The translations under genes were made by a program, and so were the position numbers. DNA of 58,002 nucleotides from Bacteroidota bacterium (GTDB taxonomy: Bacteria; Bacteroidota; Ignavibacteria; Kapaibacteriales; UBA2268). Below are positions 18,810 through 26,259 of the stretch, one piece after another. The DNA lies in the NCBI GenBank assembly GCA_024278075.1, contig JAJRTW010000098.1, positions 1 through 58,002 of the forward strand, given 5' to 3'. Under the pieces are notes generated by a model, which did not search any database, had not been told where the DNA came from, and saw nothing but the letters and a program-made list of their open reading frames with translations. Every line of letters begins with the position of its first letter. The stretch's first letter is position 1.

Positions 18810-19955
18810 ATGAAAAAAGCAAAATCAATAAGAAATATAATCGTACCGCTAATCTTCAACCTTATTGTATTGTCAATGGTGGCTGCTATCTATGTCTTCA
18901 TTTCATCCCGTGAGGTTCATGCGGAAATTCTGACCAAGCCATATCTGCAGGCGGTAACGGCAAACAGCATATACATTCTCGTGGAAACCAATTCCGGCGA
19001 AAGCCTTATGGTTGATTATGGCGAAACCAAGAAGTACGGCAGCAAAGCCAAAGACGAATTCGCTGTGAAAACCAAAAAGAGGAAACCGACCTACGTTCAT
19101 AGAATAAAGCTAAAGGGGTTGCAGGCAAATACTAATTATTATTACAAGGTAACGGGCAAGGGCAAGACAATAAGCCAATCCTCATTCACAACCGCAGCTA
19201 ATCCGGGCACGAGCTTTAAATTCGCCGTCCAGGGCGATTCCCGCTCGAATCCGAAGATATTCGCTAAGGTGATGAAGGGCATCGCCGGGCATAATCCGAG
19301 GTTCGCCTTGTACACGGGCGATATTGCCTACGATTCGGCTTATGAGACCTGGAAGAAGGAATTCTTCATTGAAGAGCAAATGGAATTCGCCGCTTCGGCT
19401 GCCTTCTTTAATGCCGTGGGCAACCATGAGGGATGGACGCAAAATACTAAGGCATTCACACAGGCCCCGGAATCCGCTTCCGGCCGGCAGGATTATTACT
19501 CATTCGAATATGGCGATCTTTATGTGCTGGTCCTGAACACTCAGGCCTCGCTAAATTTCAGCAAGGGCCAGCTTAAATTTGCCGCCGAAAGCCTGAAGAA
19601 TACGAAAAGGATATGGAAAATCGTTGTGTATCACATACCGGCTTATGGTGCCGGCGGCCATGGCGAAAGCAAAACAATGATAAACGTATCGAAGAAAATA
19701 TTCGAGCCGCTCGGAGTGGATATTGTGCTGAACGGGCATTCCCACTTCTACCAGCGGAACTATGTCAATGGCGTGTATCATATCATTATGGCCGGTGGCG
19801 GGGCGCCGCTCTATACTCCCAAGAAAGCTAAATACACCCAAAAATCAGTTAAAAAACATCATTTTGGCATCTTCGACGTTTCTTCCTCTACGCTGCAATT
19901 GAATGTCTATGGCCTTAATGGAAATATTATCGATATATTGATGCTGACTAAATAA
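18810..19955 (+). CDS. Calcineurin-like metallophosphoesterase with purple-acid-phosphatase-type N-terminal domain
   Basis: 381-aa ORF. TM/signal anchor, PAP-like N-domain (PYLQAVTANSIYILVET), then GDSRS, GDIAYD, GNHE, GHSHFYQR metallophosphoesterase motifs. Confidence 0.85.
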   Translation: MKKAKSIRNIIVPLIFNLIVLSMVAAIYVFISSREVHAEILTKPYLQAVTANSIYILVETNSGESLMVDYGETKKYGSKAKDEFAVKTKKRKPTYVHRIKLKGLQANTNYYYKVTGKGKTISQSSFTTAANPGTSFKFAVQGDSRSNPKIFAKVMKGIAGHNPRFALYTGDIAYDSAYETWKKEFFIEEQMEFAASAAFFNAVGNHEGWTQNTKAFTQAPESASGRQDYYSFEYGDLYVLVLNTQASLNFSKGQLKFAAESLKNTKRIWKIVVYHIPAYGAGGHGESKTMINVSKKIFEPLGVDIVLNGHSHFYQRNYVNGVYHIIMAGGGAPLYTPKKAKYTQKSVKKHHFGIFDVSSSTLQLNVYGLNGNIIDILMLTK

Positions 19956-20150
19956 CTCACGTTACGCATTTTTTTGTTCAATAGCCCTGACATTTATGGA
20001 CACTACTGTGTCGGGGACAATTATTAGAATGAAACAATGGGTTTTAACCCAAAGAACTTATATATGTGGATAGAGCCAAGCGTTTTTTGTGTAAATTATC
20101 CCCCGGCCTAAAGGCCGGAGCTAGTAAATATCATTTTGCGTAACATGAGT
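19955..20150. repeat. About 196-bp intergenic element bounded by 14-nt inverted repeats
   Basis: ACTCACGTTACGCA (19955-19968) versus TGCGTAACATGAGT (20137-20150), 13/14 complementary. Internal CCGGCC-TAAA-GGCCGG hairpin. Shares motifs with the 21785-21848 region. Confidence 0.45.
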
Positions 20151-20174
20151 AAATAATAATAAGGAAATCATTTA

Positions 20175-20843
20175 ATGAGAACACTTACATTTATCTTGTT
20201 TATAGTTTTGTTATTAGCCTGCGAAAGCACTTCGGATACTCCAAAAGTAACCGGGAGCCACAACCTGCAACTCAAACTCGGGAACCAGTGGGAATATTAC
20301 GATACTGGATTAGTAGGAAAATACAACGATACGACCAGAGAACATTATTACGTTTTTCGCATTGTCCGGTCGGGCGAGATGCCCTGGGAATTGGAGGACG
20401 GCAACATAACAAAGCTGATCTCATACAAATCAATCGATACTACGGACAAAGAAAATGCCGATTCGTGGTATTATTACACCGAACAAGATAAGGGTATCAT
20501 AATTGGCAAACTAAAAGACCGCTCTGACCCCGAATCCGACATCGTCCCCCATGCTTTTTTGCCAAACGTCCTTAGGATTGGCGAGAGAAATGATTTCGGC
20601 CTCTCTGCCGAGTGGGATCTCAATCCTGCCGGGTCGATATGGCCGCGAATAACACCAACCGACACCGGCAATACCGTAACCCAAATGTCCTATGTTAATT
20701 TGTGGCACTGCGAGATTTCGGGGGAGACTGACATTCCATATTTTAGCCTGAATTCTTTGTATACATTTGTTTACTTGGAGGATAGCAAAATAATTCGTGG
20801 TAACGGCGGAGGCGGGTTGATTATCAATGGATTTAGGTATTGA
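20175..20843 (+). CDS. Hypothetical lipoprotein
   Basis: 222-aa ORF with lipobox LLLAC. No recognisable family. Flanked by repeat-rich intergenic DNA. Confidence 0.6.
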   Translation: MRTLTFILFIVLLLACESTSDTPKVTGSHNLQLKLGNQWEYYDTGLVGKYNDTTREHYYVFRIVRSGEMPWELEDGNITKLISYKSIDTTDKENADSWYYYTEQDKGIIIGKLKDRSDPESDIVPHAFLPNVLRIGERNDFGLSAEWDLNPAGSIWPRITPTDTGNTVTQMSYVNLWHCEISGETDIPYFSLNSLYTFVYLEDSKIIRGNGGGGLIINGFRY

Positions 20844-21131
20844 CACTAAGATTTAGTGCGTCTCATTGTGCGGCCTCGGGAGTTCACGGCTTTTACCGCC
20901 GTCAAATGCCTGCCCCTTTCGGCGGCTTGCACAGATCAAAGATAAATAAATTCAATTGCAGATACGTTCGGGATATTGGCCCGGAGAAGAACTATAGCCT
21001 TGCCAAAGCGTTACGTATATAACACTCAAAAAGTAATAAATGCTTATTGGTATTGTGGTTACAATAGGTATTCAACGTTAAAAGTGCAAGGAATATAATT
21101 TATTATGCTCAAAAACCTTGCAGAAAATATG

Positions 21132-21236
21132 ACAACCCCCTGCTCGCCTGGCTCATTTCCTCCTTTTTTAAGGGGGAATCTAAGTTATTGTAATTTCAAC
21201 TATTTCCCCCTTAATAAAGGGGGATTTAGGGGGTTG
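21132..21236. repeat. Hairpin-rich intergenic repeat (CCCCT/AGGGG type)
   Basis: Outer inverted repeat CAACCCCCT...AGGGGGTTG. Inner hairpins TTCCTCC-TTTTTTAA-GGGGGAA and TCCCCCTT-AATA-AAGGGGGA. Same sequence style as 18620-18700 and 25845-25870. Confidence 0.45.
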
Positions 21237-21328
21237 TTTTTTCCCTTAATATTGCATAATTACTAAAAATATATCTCAGTCAATTTTTTGCGGAAACCCT
21301 ATATGGCCCTATTATAAGCGGCAATAAT

Positions 21329-21682
21329 ATGAATGGACATCTATTCTTCTATATTGGATTGGCTTTTCTACTGATGCACGAAATCGATGCCGTGCGCTGC
21401 AAGGAGTGGAGGATGCTCCCCGGGCTTTCATTGCTCGATGATAAGCGTGGCTTACGGATATTTGCCTTAGCCCATATCCCCATATTCGGTTTTCTCTTTT
21501 GTGGATTAATCGGCATGGAGAACAACGAGGGGTTGATATGGGGGCTGAACATCTTTTACGTTCTTCATTTCGGACTGCACATCTTATTTCTCCGGCACAA
21601 TAAAAATGAATTCCAAGACTGGATTTCGTGGGCAATCATTTCCGCAGCCGGATTGTTTGGGCTGCTGGACTTGCTCGTATAG
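21329..21682 (+). CDS. Small integral membrane protein (4 predicted TM helices)
   Basis: 117-aa hydrophobic ORF with HEIDAVRCKEW motif. Family not securely recognised. Confidence 0.55.
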   Translation: MNGHLFFYIGLAFLLMHEIDAVRCKEWRMLPGLSLLDDKRGLRIFALAHIPIFGFLFCGLIGMENNEGLIWGLNIFYVLHFGLHILFLRHNKNEFQDWISWAIISAAGLFGLLDLLV

Positions 21683-21820
21683 CTGCGATAAACAAAAAAA
21701 AGCCCGCAATCGCGGGTTCAGCTTATTAGCAAATTCCGATATGGGAATGCAATATCCCCGCATATCTCTTATATTGCAATGAATTAGTAAATATCATATT
21801 GCATTTCATGAGTTATAAAT

Positions 21821-22149
21821 GTAAATATACAGTAGTGTCCGGTTAAAAAATTAGAGCCTTGCTGAATATACCCTTAATAACTGTCACGTGTCATTCCCAC
21901 CCTTCGGCAGTTTATCCTGAGCGAAGTCGAAGGGCTCAGGATAAACTCCAGCGGGAATCCAGTATTTATCGGCTATTTGCTATATTTAAGATGGATACCG
22001 GATCGGGGTCCGGTATGACAGCTTTAGTATTATATTTCGCTAATTTCAAAATTGCATCCAAATCAGCACGATATAGGTCAAAATGGAGATTGCTACCGCG
22101 AATATCACTTATTATGCGTATTTTAACCGGACACGACTGGTAAATATAC
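21821..22149. mobile_element. MITE-like about 329-bp element with about 28-bp imperfect terminal inverted repeats
   Basis: GTAAATATACAGTAGTGTCCGGTTAAAA (21821-21848) versus the reverse complement of TTTTAACCGGACACGACTGGTAAATATAC (22121-22149). Interior carries nested hairpins (TTTATCCTGAGC...GCTCAGGATAAA, ATACCGGA-TCGGGG-TCCGGTAT). The ORF 21859-22143 is a translation artefact of it. Confidence 0.55.
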
Positions 22150-22315
22150 TAATAATTTCACCGTAGTCAACTTTTTGAGTTAACTTAAATTAGTGCAGGC
22201 TAATCCTGAATTTTTTTGTTATTATAAATAGTGGTAATATTGTATGTTATTATTAAACTCAGCGGCAACTTACTAATTAGTAAATCCAATGTAAAATTAA
22301 GAGAAGAAAAAGTAT

Positions 22316-23194
22316 ATGAGACAATCATTCCCAAACAATATATTACTAACCCTTAGCATCATCTTTTGCATAAGCCTGTTTATTACTAGCTGCGAATCAG
22401 ACAACAGCGTATCGGATGATGCCCCAAGTATTGAGGACTATAGAGTCAGTCCCAGGCCAACCGGCGGCATCGGCGAATTCTCCTCTGATTTTGATTCTGT
22501 TGCAAAACTAAAAGATTTATTTCCCGATGACCTTAGCAGGTGGACATACCTGCAATTGGTTGACCCAAGCGGAACCGGAGATACGGTTTTGGAAGACAAA
22601 AAAGCTTATGTAGGCAGGAGCAGCGCCGAGTTGCAAAGCATACAGCTCCGTTCGGATTGCTGTGCCATAAGGCTGGCAGCTCCGCCTTCCGGCAATACGG
22701 TTTCGAAGGCTGCTTTTCAGAAGGGCGGTTTCTTCTTCGAATCCGGTGATGATTTGTGGGTGTCGGCCTGGTTTTTTATCGAGGGCTTCGAGAATTACCA
22801 ATCAATGTTCCTGATCGATATAGAAACTTCGGAATTCGAAGGCAGCCCGGGAAGAAGGATAATGATGAGCGGCGGCGACAACATATTGAAATTAGAGTCG
22901 AAGGGCAATGTCTCCGGCCCGGAATATGGGCAAATCAAGCAGGAGGCAATTCCATTCCCCAAGAATCAATGGGTGCGAATTATGGTACATCTGCGATTGT
23001 CGGCCGGGCAGGAAGGGCTTACCGAAATCTGGCAGGATGGCGTGAAAATAATCAGCCATACAGGCCAAAACCTGACCACTGATAGAACCGTCTATGATAG
23101 ATTCCAGTTTGGCCTGACGGCCAATAGTTCCACAACCGATAAGGTAATGTATATCGACGATATAGTCATCTCCAAGCAGTCTCTTTTAGATTAA
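22316..23194 (+). CDS. Lipoprotein with concanavalin-A-like/polysaccharide-lyase-like (PF14099-type) fold
   Basis: 292-aa ORF with lipobox ITSC. C-terminal WVRIMVHLRLS...GLTEIWQDGVKI...YDRFQFGLTAN...MYIDDIVIS pattern resembles jelly-roll lyase/LamG-type domains. Assignment by motif memory only. Confidence 0.5.
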   Translation: MRQSFPNNILLTLSIIFCISLFITSCESDNSVSDDAPSIEDYRVSPRPTGGIGEFSSDFDSVAKLKDLFPDDLSRWTYLQLVDPSGTGDTVLEDKKAYVGRSSAELQSIQLRSDCCAIRLAAPPSGNTVSKAAFQKGGFFFESGDDLWVSAWFFIEGFENYQSMFLIDIETSEFEGSPGRRIMMSGGDNILKLESKGNVSGPEYGQIKQEAIPFPKNQWVRIMVHLRLSAGQEGLTEIWQDGVKIISHTGQNLTTDRTVYDRFQFGLTANSSTTDKVMYIDDIVISKQSLLD

Positions 23195-23211
23195 TCCGGA
23201 ATAATAGCGAC

Positions 23212-23364
23212 ATGAAACAATGGTATGAAAAATTGTTCGAAAATTACGGAAACAGCTACGATAATGAAAATTTCACCCGGGGGACTGTTGGTGAATGTGA
23301 TTTAATAGAAAAGGAAATTAAATATAACAAAAAAGCTAAAATATTATGTATTAATAAAAATTAA
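23212..23364 (+). pseudogene. N-terminal remnant (50 aa) of a class I SAM-dependent methyltransferase
   Basis: MKQWYEKLFENYGNSYDNENFTRGTVGECDLIEKEIKYNKKAKILCINKN*. It matches the usual N-terminus of these methyltransferases up to the point where the ILD(I/L)GCGTG SAM motif should start, then diverges and stops. Confidence 0.6.
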
Positions 23365-23380
23365 TCACAAGGAGAATCCT

Positions 23381-24388
23381 ATGGTTACTATCAACATATT
23401 GAAAATCCCCTACAGCGGGATATTCCCGAAAGGGAAACTGGCATTCTTTTTTTTAATTACTGTCTGCTGCTGCCTAATAGCTTGCGGTGATGATAATAAT
23501 GTGACTTATTCTGATCCGTTCAAGGAGTATGAAGTTGGCAAGAATTGCTACACAATTAATATGGATGGCGACAGCCGGTATTATTGCGTCCACGCTCCGG
23601 GGGGATATAATATAAACACTCCCGCACCAGTAGTATTTATTCTTCACGGTTCGTCCGGCAACGGCGAGGAATTTTATAATAAATCAGGATGGAAGGAACT
23701 CGGCAATACTGAAAATATCCTGACGGTTTATCCCACAGCCTGGACATACTGCACTCTTGACGGCAAGAAGAAAAAAACGACTAAATGGAATGTATACTCT
23801 GGAGAGGAAGGCTTTTGTGCCGGAGAAACGCCACGGGATGATATTGGTTTTCTTAAGCAGATAGTAATAGAACTTAAGAAGAACTATAATGTTGACAGCA
23901 AAAGGATTTACGTCGCCGGATTCGGCAACGGAGGCGCCATGGCCGGGCGGTGCGCTGTTGAGATGAGTGATATATTTGCTGCTGTGGTGGAATCGGCAGG
24001 CACATTGCCGACAGACACTACCTTTGTTCCAATGAGAAAATTGCCGGTTACATTTCAAGTGGGCAATAAGGACAAAATGTGGTTTGGGGAGTATCCTTCC
24101 GGTATTCCAATGACATTATTCGATACATCGCTGGCCGGCCTTCCCACGCTTTGGGGCATTGCCCGGTCTCATACCAGCACATTTGGGCTGGATTCGACTT
24201 TTACCATGGCGGGAGATGTCAACACTATTATGACGGCAACCTTTGCAGCGACAACAACTTTCCGGCCGAGAGAATTCAGATTCGTATTAATAAAAGATTT
24301 AGGACATATTTATCCGAACGGAATAAATCATAAGATTAACGGAGCTAAATTGAATTGGCAATGGTTGAGGCAATTCGTATTGCCTTAA
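23381..24388 (+). CDS. PHB-depolymerase/LpqC-type esterase family paralog lacking the nucleophile serine
   Basis: 335-aa ORF, lipoprotein-like N-terminus (LIAC), HG oxyanion motif (FILHGSSGNG). The nucleophile elbow reads GFGNGG instead of G-x-S-x-G. About 50% identical to the next gene. Confidence 0.75.
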   Translation: MVTINILKIPYSGIFPKGKLAFFFLITVCCCLIACGDDNNVTYSDPFKEYEVGKNCYTINMDGDSRYYCVHAPGGYNINTPAPVVFILHGSSGNGEEFYNKSGWKELGNTENILTVYPTAWTYCTLDGKKKKTTKWNVYSGEEGFCAGETPRDDIGFLKQIVIELKKNYNVDSKRIYVAGFGNGGAMAGRCAVEMSDIFAAVVESAGTLPTDTTFVPMRKLPVTFQVGNKDKMWFGEYPSGIPMTLFDTSLAGLPTLWGIARSHTSTFGLDSTFTMAGDVNTIMTATFAATTTFRPREFRFVLIKDLGHIYPNGINHKINGAKLNWQWLRQFVLP

Positions 24389-24571
24389 CCCGAATATCTC
24401 GGGCTTTTTACTTTAGAGTTTCGTATCTAATTAGAAATATGAGAGTTTAGTAGAGGCAATAGCATTCAGGCTTGGCTTAAGGCCAGAGTATTTTATAAAA
24501 CTTTTTTTCCTTAATATGTCAAGTATCCTGAATGATTTGTGAATAATGCGGTTTAATACAAGGAGTATCCT

Positions 24572-25579
24572 ATGGCTATAATCAACAATATGAAAACATT
24601 TGGCAGCAGGATATTCCCGAAAAGTATATGTACTATCGTTTATCTCGCCGTCGCCTGTTGTTGCCTTTTGGCTTGCGAGGATGAAGATAAGGTGATAAAT
24701 CCCGATTCTACCTATGAATACGAAATTGGCAAGAATCACTTCACAATCGAATCAGGCGATACCACCAGGGAATATTATGTCCATGTTCCGGCAGGCTATG
24801 ATGCAAACGCACCCACACCCGTGGTATTTATGCTGCACGCTGCCACAGGAACCGGGGAAATGACCTATAACAATTCCGGTTGGAAAGGGGTGGGAGAAAA
24901 TGAAAATATTCTGACCGTCTTCCCCACTGCCCTGATTTATTGTTACGAAAAATCATCCGGAGGCACTAAAACCGATACCCGCTGGAATAGTCTGCCGGGT
25001 GTTGTTAACTTCTGTCAAGGTCAAACACTCAAAGATGATGTCAAATTTTTACGCCAGGTAGTAGCCGAACTACATAAACGGTTCAATGTGGATTCGCAAA
25101 GGATTTACATGGTTGGTTTTTCAAGTGGGGCGCAGATGAGTTTCAGATGCGCGGTTGAAATGAGCGATGTTCTTGCGGCCGTAGTGCAGTCCGGCGGCAC
25201 GCATCAGATTGACACGGTTTTTACGCCACAAAGGAATCTGCCCATTTCCTTTGAACTGGGAAATAGTGATGAAACCTGGTTTAAAAGCGGTTATCCTCCA
25301 TTGGCTTTATTTGATACTTTACTCACTAACTATCCCCTCTTTCAACGAATAATCGACGTTCACGCTAATTCATTCGGTTTCGAACGCACCTATACATTGA
25401 CAGGCGATACGAATTCGGTGCTTACTGCTACATTTAAAGCTATTCCTGAAGCCGGAAACCGGCAATTTAATTTTTCATTTATTAGTGGATTGGATCATTC
25501 CTACCCCAATGGTGTGAACCACCTGATGAAAGGAGCCGTTGTAGATTGGGAATGGTTGAATCAGTATTCATTGCCTTGA
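24572..25579 (+). CDS. PHB-depolymerase/LpqC-type esterase family protein (intact GFSSG nucleophile elbow)
   Basis: 335-aa ORF, LLAC lipobox, FMLHAATGTG, GFSSGAQM, conserved C-terminal LDHSYPNG His motif. Tandem paralog of 23381-24388, and the RBS context is duplicated too (CAAGGAG(A/T)ATCCTATGG). Confidence 0.8.
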   Translation: MAIINNMKTFGSRIFPKSICTIVYLAVACCCLLACEDEDKVINPDSTYEYEIGKNHFTIESGDTTREYYVHVPAGYDANAPTPVVFMLHAATGTGEMTYNNSGWKGVGENENILTVFPTALIYCYEKSSGGTKTDTRWNSLPGVVNFCQGQTLKDDVKFLRQVVAELHKRFNVDSQRIYMVGFSSGAQMSFRCAVEMSDVLAAVVQSGGTHQIDTVFTPQRNLPISFELGNSDETWFKSGYPPLALFDTLLTNYPLFQRIIDVHANSFGFERTYTLTGDTNSVLTATFKAIPEAGNRQFNFSFISGLDHSYPNGVNHLMKGAVVDWEWLNQYSLP

Positions 25580-25710
25580 GATGAACATTTCGGACATTTG
25601 TATGTATAGGGTTGTGACTATTGCATCATCTCATAAATAATTGCAATGTTAACCCTTATATCTAAGCCCCAGTCGAAGATTCCGATTCATCGGAGCTTTG
25701 TTACACTTTT

Positions 25711-25780
25711 GTTCTGCCAGTTGTTACAACTGGCAATATAGAAACTGTCGTCATTCGTCAGTTGTAACAACTGACGGAAC
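25711..25780. repeat. 70-nt double-palindrome element, copy 2 (both palindromes intact)
   Basis: CAGTTGTTACAACTG (centre 25725) and CAGTTGTAACAACTG (centre 25766), 41 bp centre to centre. 66/70 identical to 15109-15178. Confidence 0.85.
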
Positions 25781-26259
25781 GTTTAATATTAATTTATTAT
25801 GAAATACTGTACTAAGCTATTTTTGCAATAAAAGAACCACCCCTGGCCCCTCCTTGTCAAGGTGGGGAACTAAATGGGTAAGTCCAAACTAAGATATTGC
25901 ACCTTGGCACATTACTATTAACTGATTTTTATGAATAACTTGGGTTTAACCTATTTACCAATAATAGCTTAAATTGCGAAGGGAATGAAAAAGGAAGTCA
26001 TCATCGGCGAGCTAAAACTTGTGGCTATTTATCTTAAATAGATGTCGCTTGCTTGCAATCTGTATCTAACGCAGCACAATATAGGCCATAATAGAGTTCG
26101 TTACTGCGAGCATCACAAATTGGCTGCATTTCGCCCGGATAATAATGAATATATGTTAATAGTAAATGTATATCCCGGATTACAATATTATCACTGTATA
26201 TTAGTTTATATGATATAATTACAAAGTTAGTTAAGCCTAATATATAGTGAGAATATAAA

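Noticed and set aside
21859-22143. 94-aa ORF
   Set aside because: It lies entirely inside the MITE-like element. Its sequence (YPERSRRAQDKLQRESS) is the typical translation of a GC-rich hairpin repeat.
25903-25920. Sigma-54 promoter-like TGGCAC upstream of the E1 dehydrogenase gene
   Set aside because: The required -12 element (TTGC five nt downstream of TGGCAC) is absent (TGGCACATTACTATTA), and the site is about 340 bp from the start codon.
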